A DNA stretch of 64,000 nucleotides from Octopus sinensis (lineage: Eukaryota): assembly GCF_006345805.1 (NCBI RefSeq), contig NC_043001.1:36394001-36458000 (forward strand). Direction: 5' to 3'. Each line of letters begins with the position of its first letter. The stretch's first letter is position 1. Under the pieces are notes generated by a model. It was not told the origin of the DNA. It made no database searches and saw only the letters and a program-made list of their open reading frames with translations. Below, piece after piece: positions 38,028 through 51,446 of the stretch. The position numbers were made by a program, and so were the translations under genes.

Positions 38028-38668
38028 CGCATATGATTTCTTTTTCCAAACGATAGAGTAAACACTTAGTTGTCATATAAAGAGTTTTCGTCTATTACGC
38101 TGTTTAGGCTATCCCAGGCGTTAGTCACTGAGGAGACGAAATAAATTCGAAACACTCTGTCCGCCGATCCCCTGGTGTTATGAACGTAGCTGCGTGCTTT
38201 TAACGTCTTTGAAAAGTGTCTCTGAGAAAAACTATTATCGCTAGTGCTCTCCCACGTTTGTATAAATATCATAAATGCGTCTTTCTGTTGCGTATATTAT
38301 ATACGTGTGTGTGTGCGCTTTGTCTGTGTATGTGTGCATTTGTCTGTTTGTCTGTGTTTGTGTGTATGTCCTTCCTTCGCATTGCCTCTTTCAAATGCCA
38401 GAGGAATTCCAAATAAATCCCTTTAGCTTTAGTGATCGTCTGACCGAGTAGACCAAAATTATTATTACAGTGAAAAAAATCTGAGTGACTCTGGTATGCA
38501 TTCGTGGTCGCAGTTACGATGATCCAACTCACTGTTGCTCGTCATCTATCATTGCACTTCATGAAAGTACTCATATCATTAAACAAACAGCTCTTTATCT
38601 GTGAATCGGTTGTTGTTGTCTTTATTTGTCATCAGACAGAGCACACATTTTGCAGTAACGTGATACAT

Positions 38669-38957
38669 TATTTACATTAATTACATTCGTCAGATATTTG
38701 TCCTCATCTTGTTTGTTGTTAATACAACGTTTCGGCTGATATGTCCTCAAGCTTTCTTCAAAAGTCTTGAGGAAATTTCGAACCTGGGTTCTCATTCCGA
38801 AGGCATTTTTCGATGTTATCATCATCATTATTATTGTTGTTGTTGTTATTATTATTATATTATTATTATTATTATTATTATTCAGATTACTGCTTGGAAT
38901 CGACCTCAGAATCTTGGAGTTAGTAGCCCGCGCTCTTAACCACTACGCCATATGCCC
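38669..38957 (-). mobile_element. Family B tRNA-headed, hammerhead-tailed SINE with 14-bp TSD
   Basis: TSD gtaacgtgatacat at 38655-38668 and 38958-38971; hammerhead 3' half intact (CAGCC GAAA CG TT gtatt), 5' core mutated (tTGAAGA). Confidence 0.85.
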
Positions 38958-39616
38958 GTAACGTGATACATCTTCAATTTCTTATACCCATGTTTATTTC
39001 ATTGGCCTCTCCACGGCCGTTCAGTCAACAATATTCACGAATCGTAACGTCAACTTTCTCAATGTCATCACCTATTGCAAGGTTTTCAAAATATAATACA
39101 TACGTACATAAAAAGATAAACAAAAACTAGTACTCCGTCGGTTACGATGATGAGAGTTCCAAGTGATCCAACCAACGGAACAGTTTTCTGGCGAAGTTAA
39201 CGTGCAAGTAGCCGAACACTCCACAGACACGTGTTGTTCTCAGGGAGATTTAGCGTGACACAGAGTGTGACAAGGTTGGCCATTTGAAAGACAGCTACTA
39301 CTCATGTTTGTCTGCTGAGTGGACGTACATAAATACTTATTCATAAATATACATCCATATATACATATATGAATAATTGGATATGTATATATATGTGTGT
39401 GTGTATGTATGTGTGTGTGCGTGCGTGTGTGTGTGTGCATGCACGAAGGCAAGACTGGCACCTCCAGTTAAATGAATCCAGCGACAATAATATTTATATA
39501 CTATCGGCTCCTTTTGTCAAACATCTAGGATATGTGAACAACACACACACACACATATATATATATACAAATACACTCACACACACATATATATATATAT
39601 ATATACACTCACACAC

Positions 39617-39648
<32 letters not shown>

Positions 39649-39649
39649 G

Positions 39650-39812
39650 ACGGACTTCCTTTAGTTTTCATCTACCAAATCCACTCAAAAAGGTTTGGTT
39701 GGCTCAAAGCTAAAGTAGAAGAACGTGACCAACGTGCCACACAGTGGGACTGAGCCTGGAACCATGTTGTTGAGAAGTAAACCCCTTACCACACAGTCAC
39801 GCTTCCACCTAT
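39650..39812 (-). mobile_element. Diverged S1 head
   Basis: Reverse complement similarity to S1 heads. Confidence 0.7.
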
Positions 39813-39854
39813 ACATATAAATAAAAATGTATATACTTACAAACACACACATAA

Positions 39855-39938
<84 letters not shown>

Positions 39939-40842
39939 GTGGGGAGAGAAAATTAATGTGTTGAGTTTGTGTGAGATCCCTGATGAGATCGCTGTGAGGT
40001 CTCTGATGAGTATATATATAAGCGTAAATATTCTAAGGGTTACCGCACACGTTTAAGTGTGTATGCAATTTGAACTGAGATTTACGAGTTTCAGATTTCA
40101 TTTAAACCAGCTGTTAATAAATATCAACACAATTTCTTTATTGTTAATATCTCATCTATTATCTTTCGCTTTAGTCCCCCTCTAAATCTTTCTCTACAAT
40201 TTTATCTCCCTAATAACTACTTATCAAATTTGTTGGGGTTTTTTTATTAGATATATTTTATTGTTGGTAGTGTTGTGGTTACTACAGTAATATCTCTTTT
40301 TCTTTTTATTTGTTCCTTGTTTTTCTCTATCATCACCTACAAAGAAATTATTTCAATGTGACACCCATATGTTTTTTCCCGTGGGTGTTTTTGTTGTTCT
40401 TTTTTTTTTTTCGCCTGATGTCAGTCTTGATTGAAAAGACCTATGACCAAAAGGCTCTCTCGTTGTGACCACCCGATTATATAACGAGGAAATGAGATGG
40501 CCATAGCTACAATAACCAATGTTTCGTTTACGTTTGTTAAAGACGGTACTATGTTTAAAGGAGATTTGTGTTCTGCTTCCTGTGGGTTCACTGATCCTTT
40601 AGGAACTCCTTCCCTTTAAGTTACATATGTTATACATTTTTTTTGCGCCCTTTTAAAGCCTAGCCAGGCTTATGGGCCCGGTTTCCCGGTTTCAGTGGCG
40701 TATGTGTTCCCCAACTGGATGGGACGCCAGTCCATCGCAGAGATGGTCATACTATGTTTGAAGGAGATTTGTGTTCTAGTTCCTGCACGTTCACTGCTCC
40801 CTTAGGAACTCCTTTCCTTTATGTTACATATGTTATACATTT

Positions 40843-41088
40843 TGCACCCTTTTAAAGCCTAGCCAGGCTTATGGGCCCGGTTTCCCGGTTTCTATGGCGT
40901 ATGTGTTCCCCAGCTGGACGGGATGCTAGTCCATCGGAGCGTTACTCATTTTTGCTAGCTGAGTGGACTGGAGCAACGTGAATTGAAGTGTTTTGCTCAA
41001 GAACACAACGCCTCGCCTGGTCCTGGAATCGAAAACACAATCTTACGATCGTGAGTTCAACACCCTAACCACTACGCCACGCGCCTCC
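40843..41088 (-). mobile_element. SINE family S2 with 15-bp TSD
   Basis: TSD acatatgttatacat at about 40826-40840 and 41089-41103. Confidence 0.88.
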
Positions 41089-41585
41089 ACATATGTTATA
41101 CATACTTATTGTTATTATGGATTGGATGAATCTTTATGGCATCGGGCAAATTGCATTGTAGTATTTGTTCCACTTCTTTACATTCTGCGTTCAATTCCTG
41201 CCCGTATCAGCTTTGCCCTTCACTCAAAGCTTGCCACTCAAAGGTTGGGGTCGACATAGTCAACTAAATCCCTTCGCTGAAATTTCTATCTATGTGCACA
41301 TGTAACTATTTATAAGAGCTGTGGGATTGACAGAATCGTTAACGTATCACCTGATATGCTTGGCGATATATTTACCAGCTGTTTAGTACGTGAGTTCAAA
41401 TCTCGCTGACGTCAAAAAAATACAGTACCAATCAACGCTTCCGAAATTTGTGGTCTTCTGCTTGTATCACAAACTGATATTGTTGTTGTATGCATAGATG
41501 TGGATCTTTCTGTTTTTCTGATCGCTGTCGTAAAAATGTTTTACGTGACGAGAAAACATAGAGCGCTAATTAAACACTTAGCGAT

Positions 41586-42006
41586 GCTCTTTTCGGTTTG
41601 AACGGCAGTTTTTTCTAGCGGTGTCATATGAAATTGTTACCAATAATTTTGACCCTAGTATCGATCTATTGCATTTCAATCTGTTTTAGGGTTAGGGTTA
41701 GGGTTAGGGGTGGGGGGAAGGGTATCTTTTTTTCTTCACAAATGTAAATAAACCCAATCTGTTACTTAAACGAGGGACATATTCATATGGCACAGAATAT
41801 ATTTTTTTTTACCTCAATGGACGTCATTGATTGGTTGAAATTGCAGAAATTGAAGAAAAAACAAACAACAATTATCTTACAAATTTTCTCAATACAGCCA
41901 AGAGAAAAAGATGTTTTATAAACACATTCTACCAGTACACTAAGTTTAAAATTTTTTAGTTACCTAGAAATAATGTTAAAAACTGCCGTTCGAACCGAAA
42001 AGATCC
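41586..42006. mobile_element. Second copy of the 8-bp-TSD MITE (opposite orientation)
   Basis: Same TIRs; TSD ttagcgat (41578-41585) and ctagcgat (42007-42014); internal (TTAGGG)n at about 41688-41710. Confidence 0.9.
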
Positions 42007-42040
42007 CTAGCGATATTTACCTAGGTCACGTTACGTCCTA

Positions 42041-42342
42041 GTGGTGGTACATGGCCTAGTGGTTAGAGCAGCTGGCTCACGGTCGAGGAAACGCGGGTTC
42101 GAATCTCAGACCTGGCGATGTGTGTGTTTATGAGCGAAATACCTAAGCTCTACGCGGCTCCGGCAGAAGGTAACGCCGAACTTCTGCTGACTCTTTCGCC
42201 ACAACTTTCTCTCACTCCTTCCTCCTGCATCTTGCAGCTCTCCTGCGACGGACCGGCGTCGCGTCCAGGTGGGGAACCTATACGCCATGGAAACCGGGAA
42301 ACCGGCCCTTATGAGCCAGGCGTGGCTCGAGAAGGAACAAAC
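42041..42342 (+). mobile_element. SINE family S3
   Basis: Matches 5345-5642. Confidence 0.85.
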
Positions 42343-43269
42343 ATTACGTCCTGGGTTCAAATTTTATGTGGCCAGTTTTGATTTCTCTCATTACTCGGAC
42401 CCAGTTTTGATTTTCTCTCATAAATACTATTGAAATCATTGGATCTAATTAATTGACTGCATCACACACATACAATTAGTATGTGCCGTATATATTTCTT
42501 CTTCGAGGCATTAATGAATATATCTATACATATAAATTTGACATGGGCGATTCTTTATTGTCTTGGGATTCACGGTCAAACGGCTGAGTGGAATTGCGCG
42601 AAAATTTACACAGTTGTGTAGAATGAACCGGTGATGATGCTGGACTTTGTATTTTTCAAACCTCCTATAGTTACCGATATCAACTACTATAATAATACTC
42701 GTATGTTTATGAATGAGAAAGGAAGTGGGTGATAGATGAATAAGGAAGGAAGGAGTGGTGTCATATTTTTTCATAGCTTCAATGGTTACCGAGATAATCC
42801 ACTATAATATTACTCTAGTGTTTATGAATGAGAAAGAAAGGGGTGATGTCATGCTCGGCAGTGTGATGATGAACATTGTACGCTGAAAAAATAAATCGAA
42901 CAGCGTTTCAACTCTGTGTGAATATATGTATGTGTATGTAAAAGGGTGGGTTTGTGAATGTATGTGTGTGCTTCTGTGTGTGTGTGTGTGCGTGCAATGG
43001 AAGTGGGATGGCTCATCTTTCTTCGCTTAGTGTTTTTTTTTTTTGATTTGGTTGAATCCTGGTTGGGCATTTTTTTTTCTGTTGGCCAGTTATTTTTTGC
43101 GTTTTGACAGAAAAAAAGTCATTGTAAAATTGTTTATTTTTTTAACGTAAGTGTGCCCAAATAAGTCGAATGCTTACAGAGAACTGGTTTTTACAGTCGC
43201 ATCGTCCAAACCAAACGAGTGAAACTGAGCTTAGCTGCTAGTATATATATATAAAATGAACATTTTTAA

Positions 43270-43504
43270 GCAGAAAAGTGTCTGGAATTGTAGTTAAATC
43301 TTGACTACGAAGTGCTCGATTCAAGATAGATTGTTCAATTCTTCGAGACTCAAATGCTTTACATCTATTGTAGATCATTTGTTTCCAAACCGATTGATCT
43401 TGCATCATCTGCTCCCAGTCTTCGACTTCTACATTAAGTGCTGTAAGGTTACTTTTTACAGCATCCCTAAAACGTTTCTTCGGCTTCTGCCTCGGACGTT
43501 TGCC
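43270..43504 (-). pseudogene. RTE-clade LINE C-terminal fragment
   Basis: GKRPRQKPKKRFRDAVKSNL..WEQMMQDQSVWKQMI..AFESRR fits the RTE pattern G.PKKR.KD.....WE....DR..W. Confidence 0.75.
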
Positions 43505-43533
43505 ACACACACACACACACACATGTATGCATA

Positions 43534-43578
<45 letters not shown>

Positions 43579-44550
43579 TATATATATCAATTAGAGAAAA
43601 CCACTATTATGTAATTCAAACAATGATAGACGTAAATCACACCATACAAAAAAAATAAAATATATGATAAAACATTTACCTAGGTCACAATAAAGTACAT
43701 AATAATAAATAAACAGTATATAATTGAAAATTTTTCCCTGTAAGTTTGGAGTTATACTCCCTAATATTACATACATATATATAATATATATAGATATATA
43801 TATTATATATACATATATATATATATACATATACTTAATATACATACATATATAATCATACATATACACATAAATACATTCATTCAAATATATGTGTGTG
43901 TATGTGTGAGTGGGTTTTGTTTGTGTGTGCGTAGTAACATGCATGTATACACACACGTTTTATCATTTTCGTAATTAAAACTTCTCGAGAGCAGACAGGA
44001 GCCTCGTAAGAGTAAATTCTTGAAATATTTCTCGTCGTCTTTGCATGAGAAATAATTATAAGTTGCTTACATCTTCTAAACTATTATCTATATCCTTGAA
44101 CAAATATTACTAAGTAGAGTGTTGTCATACGTATCTGTAGAGACCGGTCCTCAAGCATGTTATATTGCTATTCATTTATTATAAGTGGGATTCTTTTTCA
44201 TAGCGACTACTCGAAGTTGTTAAAATATATAAATGTCCTCTCTGTCCCAAGATGACAATATATTACTTCTGTACACATTGAAGTGATTATCATTATGAAA
44301 GATATACCCAACATTTTGCTTTTCGCTCAAAACTTTTTGTTACACTGCTGCAAATGTCCAATATTAATTACATTCAGTTTTGCAAAATCCAGAAGAATAA
44401 GTTCTACCCAGGTTTAAATAGCTTTTTTTAATATTAATATAGTTTCTCCGGTACTCAACAAAATCTATTTAACATTACGTAATTTTCAAAAGAAGTTAAA
44501 GTTAACCAAATAAGTTGCCCGTTCTACAATGCCTTTTATTACTATAGAGA

Positions 44551-44960
44551 GGCTTAGGCGGCGAGCTAGTAGACCCGTTAGAAAACCGGACAAAATGCTT
44601 AGCGGTGTTTCGTCCGTCTTTATGTTCTGAGAGTTCAGATGAGGTCGACTTTGCATTTCATGCTGTCAGAGTTGATAGAATAAATACCAGTTGAACACTA
44701 GGGTCAATGTAATCGATTTGTTCCTCCCTCTCTCCGCACTTGCCGGACTTGTGCCTAAATTTAAACCAGTACTATAAACAGACTTAAAGACAGCGAGCTG
44801 GCAGAATTGTTACCGGCCAAAATGCTTAGTGGCACTTTCTGGGCTTTATGTTCCGAGTTGAAATGCTGCTGGGTTTCACCTTGCCTTTCATTTGATAGGG
44901 TTCAAATAAAAAGTACTAGCCGATTTACGCCCAACTCCGAACTTGTGTCAAAATTTGAAA
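44551..44960 (+). mobile_element. Two old S4-like SINE copies
   Basis: ggcggcgagctagtaga.. at 44551 and cagcgagctggcagaat.. at about 44790. Confidence 0.7.
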
Positions 44961-45056
44961 CCAATCTTATAAACAGGCTTCGGTGCTTACAATTGTACTA
45001 AAAAAAAAATCATATATATATCCATAAATATACATTCATTTAACTTATACACATAT

Positions 45057-45145
45057 ATAGGTGAGGGAGTGGCACCTTGGGTAAGTGTCTTCTACTAGCC
45101 ACGGGCCGACCAAAGCCCTGTGAGTGGATTTGAAAGAAGTTCGTC

Positions 45146-45193
<48 letters not shown>

Positions 45194-45285
45194 CACATAC
45201 ATACATGTATGGTATGTATGTATGTGTTTGCGTATCTGTTCTGTGTTTGTACCCCCAACACACATCGTTTGACAACCAATGGTGA
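45057..45285 (+). mobile_element. Deleted S1 copy
   Basis: Partial head, core and tail. Confidence 0.7.
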
Positions 45286-45310
45286 TATATATATATATAT
45301 ATATATATAG

Positions 45311-45342
<32 letters not shown>

Positions 45343-45533
45343 GATATATATATATGCATAGAAAACAGACATGAATATTTCAAAATTTCATTACACTGCA
45401 AATGTTTACAAGACCTATATACAAATATCATCAACCATATAATCATTACGTAATTAATGCACAATTGATTAATCCGACTGAGATGAATAAGCTATTTCCT
45501 CAAGAACTAAAATTGAAATATCACATTGTTTGT

Positions 45534-46105
45534 AAGCTGGCAGAAACGTTGGCACGCCAGGTGAAATGCTTAGCGGTATTTCGTTTGCCGCTACGTTCTG
45601 AGTTCAAATTCCGACGAGGTCGACTTTGCCTTTCATCCTTTCAGGGTCGATTAAATAAGTACCAGTTACGCACTGGGGTCGATGTAATCGACTTAATTTG
45701 TTTGTCTGTCCTTGTTTGTCCTCTCTGTGTTTAGCCCCTTGTGGGTAGTAAAGAAATAGGTATTTCGTCTGCCGCTACGTTCTGAGATCAAATTCCGCCG
45801 AGGTCGACATTGCCTTTCATCCTTTCGGGGTCGATTAAATAAGTACCAGTTACGCACTAGGGTCGATATAATCGACTTAATCCGTTTGTCTGTCCTTGTT
45901 TGTCCTCTCTGTGTTTAGCCCCTTGTAGGTTGTAAAGAAATAAGTATTTCCTCTGTCTTTACGTTCAAATTCCGCCGAGTACGACTTTGCCTATCATCCT
46001 TTCGCAGCCGATCAATTAAGTACCAGTTACGTACTGGGGTCTATCTAATCGACTGACACCCCTCCGCCAAAATTTTGGACCTTGTGCCTAAAACAGGAAA
46101 GATTG
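45534..46105 (+). mobile_element. Head-to-tail trimer of SINE family S4
   Basis: Units start at 45534, 45760 and 45944; units 2 and 3 lack the head and start at gtatttc. Confidence 0.9.
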
Positions 46106-46127
46106 TTTGTAAGTCTTTTGGACTTAC

Positions 46128-46163
46128 ATCTCTTAAATGAACACCTCATATCGTGGGACAGTC
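46128..46163 (-). other. Candidate 36-nt micro-exon
   Basis: ctattctgttcgtttgcag|GACTGTCCCACGATATGAGGTGTTCATTTAAGAGAT|gtaagt; one open frame (LSHDMRCSFKR). Confidence 0.3.
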
Positions 46164-46826
46164 CTGCAAACGAACAGAATAGTTCTGACTACAGACTCTC
46201 CACTATAACGGTATAGAATAGAATATTGTGCTTTGTAAGTCCTTGTTTCTTTGTTGATGTTCCACGGGTTTTTACCATAAACTACTGAGCCAAGTAAATA
46301 AACTATATTAGGGGTCAGATATGTCGCCTTAATTAATCTGTCACCTTGCAAAAAACATCCTACAGTCTATTAAGAAATATATAAAAGATATGTGTGCATT
46401 TCCATGCATTCGCTTAGTACGTTGTAAGCAAGACAATGGGTATGACAAAAACACATGGCTATTCACACACACATACATACATACATAAACACACACATAT
46501 AAATACTAGCGCATACACGCGGGTACGTACATCCAGAGTAAACGCATGCGTACAGATACTTACTTATACTCATCGATATGCGTTTGTCCGAAGAGTGTAA
46601 GATTATTAATGTCTTATTAATGCATATTCCAATAAATATCAATATATATGTAACTTCGCTGTGACCTCCCTGTGTATAGATATCGTATGTTTACATGGAT
46701 GTAGCCTTTGTATATAGCTATATCTGTATGTATATATATATTCAGGCTCACAATATATATATATACACAAGCATATATACCTCTTATGCATACATACATA
46801 CATACATACATACATACATACATACA

Positions 46827-46859
<33 letters not shown>

Positions 46860-47019
46860 GTATGTCTGTATGTACGTATGTATATATATATATATGTATA
46901 TAGATAGATAGATAGGTGGATACACGTGCGTTTAAATATATACATAATTACACACACATATCACACATATGTATATATATATGTGTATATACATATGTAT
47001 ATATATGTATATATATATG

Positions 47020-47051
<32 letters not shown>

Positions 47052-47689
47052 ATAAATATATACATACTATATATGTATGTATACATATATACACACACAC
47101 GCACACACATATATATGATGTAAGAAAAGCATACATGTAAGTACATACATATACATAGACGCACATATACATATACATACACAAACATATACACAGGGAC
47201 ATACATACGCACACACATATGTATACTTGTATCAGTGTATGTATATATATGTACGTGAATGCGAGCACTCGCACTCGCACGCATGTGCGTGTGAATGTGT
47301 GTACGCCTGTGTATTTGTATGTATTCCCCTTGCCCTGTTATTGGAAATACATGTATAAATGACGTTTGCATGTTTATGCAGATTTATGAAATTCGCCAGG
47401 TTTTGTTTATTTGAAGGAATCCTTTAGATATTTGCATTGTCTAACCTTAGGAAACCCAACGGAGAATAATTTCCTTTTCGGTGCATTTAATAAGCAAAAT
47501 CTACATTACAGAGATTCTTGATAAAGTGGATGATTCAGATGAAGAAAGGAAAAAAAGGATGTAGTTTTGTGTGGAAGAGATACTGGAGCAAGTTGGGAAT
47601 TATCAAGTTGGAAACAAATCAGTGATGGCTGCAAAACGGGGTGGTGGGGGAAAAAAGGGGGAATAAGTAGGTAGGTGGGTTGGTATGTA

Positions 47690-47803
47690 GTAAGGAAGGT
47701 AGGTAGGTAGGTAGGTAGGTAGGTAGGTAGGTGGTAAGGAAGGTATATAGACATATAGGTCGATAGATAGATAGATAGATAGATAGACAGACATACAGAC
47801 AGT

Positions 47804-47879
<76 letters not shown>

Positions 47880-47935
47880 TAGATAGGCAGACAGACAGAC
47901 AGACAGATAGATAGATTCATAGATAGATAGATACA
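47690..47935. repeat. Compound (GTAG)n/(GATA)n/(GACA)n microsatellite
   Basis: Direct observation. Confidence 0.95.
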
Positions 47936-47997
47936 TACACACACACACACATATATATATGTTGTATATGTATGTACATATATGTATTCATGCATTG

Positions 47998-48051
<54 letters not shown>

Positions 48052-48054
48052 ATG

Positions 48055-48088
<34 letters not shown>

Positions 48089-48125
48089 ATGTATAAATGT
48101 ATATATATATATGTATATATATATG

Positions 48126-48156
<31 letters not shown>

Positions 48157-48998
48157 GTATATAATGTATATATATTTATTTATATATGTATTGTATACAT
48201 GTGTTGATGTATATGTATATACATATATACATAGATACATATATATGTTATATACACATCCGTATATATGTGTGTGTATTTTATATATATATATACACAC
48301 ATATATATCATTAGAGAGAAGGTGTGAGAAAAGGAAGCAGTGGGGGAGATGAAGTTAGAGACGAAGAGAAGCATATGGAACGATATAAAATTAGGAATAG
48401 CAAAAATAACGAACGGACAAATGGCACAGAAAAAGGCAAAACCTGTCACTTACAGACAGAAAAGGAGAAAGGGTGTATGTGTATGATACCTATATATGTG
48501 TCTGCGGAGGGAGAGAGACAGACAGACAGGGAGATTTGGGGGATTGTCTTTGGGAGGTAGAATGAGAGGCAGAGAGAGAGAGAGGGGGGGAATAACGAAA
48601 AGAGTTCTCTCAATTAAGGAGACCAGAGGAGTGGAGTCTGAAGTAGTAAAGACTTCTTTTATAGTCGAGGAAAGAAAAAAAAAATCAAGGGTAGCGGTGG
48701 GAGAGATACTGTAGTAGTGATGGTTGTTGTATGTGGTGGTTTGTATAAGTGGTTATAGTTGTAGTGTTGGTATTGGTGGTAGTAGTTGTAGTGGTGCAGG
48801 TTGTGGGGGAGTGAGGGTTGTATAGGAGAAATAAAAGTGAAAGTGAATGAATATGTAGATGTGTGTTAGTTGAAGAAAGTAATACGATACGTAGGAATAG
48901 GTTTACAGAGAAAGAGAAGTGTGGATAAGAAAGAAAAGGGAGAAAAGACATAAACGGCACAAAGAGGGACAAGACGACATAGTGACAGAGAGAAAGTG

Positions 48999-49029
<31 letters not shown>

Positions 49030-50679
49030 GAGAGAGCAAGGGCGATTAGGCCAGGGGACGTTAGAGAATGTCTTGATGGGCAGGCGGGGAATAAAAGTGC
49101 CCGTATGATCTCTAAAGAGATTATGTTATCGGAGCCGACCACAGAGGGTGTAGTCGCTAGACCTTGTGTACGTTTGTACACGCACACTCTGGCGAGATTG
49201 AGAGTGTGTGTGTGTGATGATGTCCGTGTTATGTGTGTATATATGCATATATGTGTGTGTATTTGCATATATATATGTGTGTGTATATAGAAATGTGTGT
49301 ATGTGATGTGGGTAGTAGATGGTGGAGTGCTCTTTATTTATTTCCAGCCGATGTCCGGCTTCTTACTTGAAGCCGTTCACCCATCCTTCCACGTTGTAAT
49401 ACAGACTTCTCAAAGATTGATATTAATTGGTTTATACGGCTACTTAAACTGACCAGAACTTGATTCTACGACTAGACAACGCCATTCGAGGTAATCGACA
49501 TACCAGCCACAATTAGTATAATATCAATCAAATCAGCTTATGTGGAGCGGGGCTGGGGGTGTTGTAGATATCTCTATGTAGCGCAACTGGCTGCCAAGGA
49601 GAAATCAGGGTGAAGGAAAGCGGTAGCTATCAACAAATCTACATAAAAATCTCCGACCGATTGGCCAATGATAACAGACTACTTACTACCCTATGCACCC
49701 TCATTTGAGACAACGTTGCGTTTTCCCACAGAGGTTCATGACATTTCGTTCACATAATCAAATAGGTAAAAAGGAAAGAATAGGAAATGATATCATGATA
49801 TTATTCAAATATATATCTTAGCCTTGCTTTTCTGTCTGGATCAGTCAAAAACAGACAGGAGCACTTCTATGAATTCATGAGAGTATATTAGATATTAATT
49901 AAGTCTTATCGGTTGCTTAAACGGTACTGAATTCAGTCATAAAGTGAGCAGAATGTTAATCATTTTGACAGTGATTTCTTGTCAATTCTATTGAATACAG
50001 TAGTTCAGAAAACAAAAGAAATTGTTTGGTATCATTTAATGTAGATTATTGTGGACTTATCTAGATTGTATATTGATGGCAGAAAAATCAGACAGTCATC
50101 TATCATTTATAACAGGTTCGTAATATGCTGGATGCATAACTATTAGATTAGATTACGTTACATACCAGACGAAGTTACGAAAGCTAAAGTATAAAACGTC
50201 AATATACAGCAGTTTGCATTAATTAGTTGGTATCTCAGGATACTTAGCTGGGATGCCTGCTGGATTGGTAATTTCTCGGTATATCTTCGTTGTTGAGGAT
50301 GTATCCAATGTTACTTCGGACACCATGGGAGCATTCACAAGTGAATTTGATTAGCGTAGAGAAAGCGGCGCGAGTTCAGTTCACATAGTTGTTGGTATTC
50401 TCTTCAAAGCTAAAGTATTTATCTATTGCAAAAATGTATTGAGACGGTGGGAGGCCTTACTTATTATAGAGAGGTGCCGTTGCAGCACTCTGTCACTACT
50501 CACCTCTAATCTTCTCTCAGTATGTGAGAAGGGATGATATTCTGTGCCACGGTTTCTTGGCAGTTGGTATTTTTAACATTACTGGGATGCGCAAGCATCC
50601 TTCCAAATGGTAAAACCTCGATGGAGCTATCGGCTTCGACGACGACGACTCGCTCATAAAACAGATTGTGCACTAATAT

Positions 50680-51090
50680 TAATTTCAAAATTTGGCATTC
50701 AGACAGCAATTTCAGGGATTACATCAGCCCTAGGATTTAAATGATACTTATTTCATCGACCCCAAAAAGAATGAAATGCAATCTCGATTTCGGCAGAACT
50801 TTAACTGGGCGGATAAAATGCTGCTAAGCATTTTGCCCGGAGCGGAAACAATTCTACTAGCTCACCGCTTTAGATTGTGACCTAATATTGGGTTCAAATT
50901 TTGGTACATGGACAGCAAGTTCGGGGATGGGGTAAGTCAATTACATCAAATCTATTACTCAACTGGTACTATTTTATCGCCCTAAAATGATAAAAGACAA
51001 TCTCGACCTCGACATGATTTGAACTCATAACGTAAAGCATTTTTGCCAGGTGCGGTAATAATTCTAAAGCTCACCGCTTTAGATTGTGTA
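50680..51090 (-). mobile_element. Two old S4-like SINE copies in tandem
   Basis: Degenerate S4 bodies separated by a repeated flank sequence. Confidence 0.65.
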
Positions 51091-51152
51091 CTAATATTGA
51101 AAATATCATATCCGTAGAAAACATTGGCTTTTGAATACTTGAAGAAATATAC

Positions 51153-51406
51153 TCTTTAACTCTTTTACTTGTTTCAGTCAGTTGACTGCGGCCATGCTAG
51201 AGCACCGCCTGTTTTTAGTCGAGCAAATCGACTCCGGGACTTATTCTTTGTAAGCTCAGTACTTATTCTATCGGTCTCTTTTGCCGAACCGCTAAGGACG
51301 GGGACGTAAACTAAACACACAGCATCGGTTGTCAAGCAATGCTAGGGGACAACCCAACAGACACACACAAACACACACACACACACACACACACAACACA
51401 CATATA

Positions 51407-51446
<40 letters not shown>

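Noticed and set aside
39980-40012. Two CTGATGAG motifs around a hairpin
   Set aside because: No GAAA or stem III.
45534-46105. Repeated units resembling a CRISPR-like array
   Set aside because: Units are whole SINE bodies with no unique spacers; eukaryotic context.
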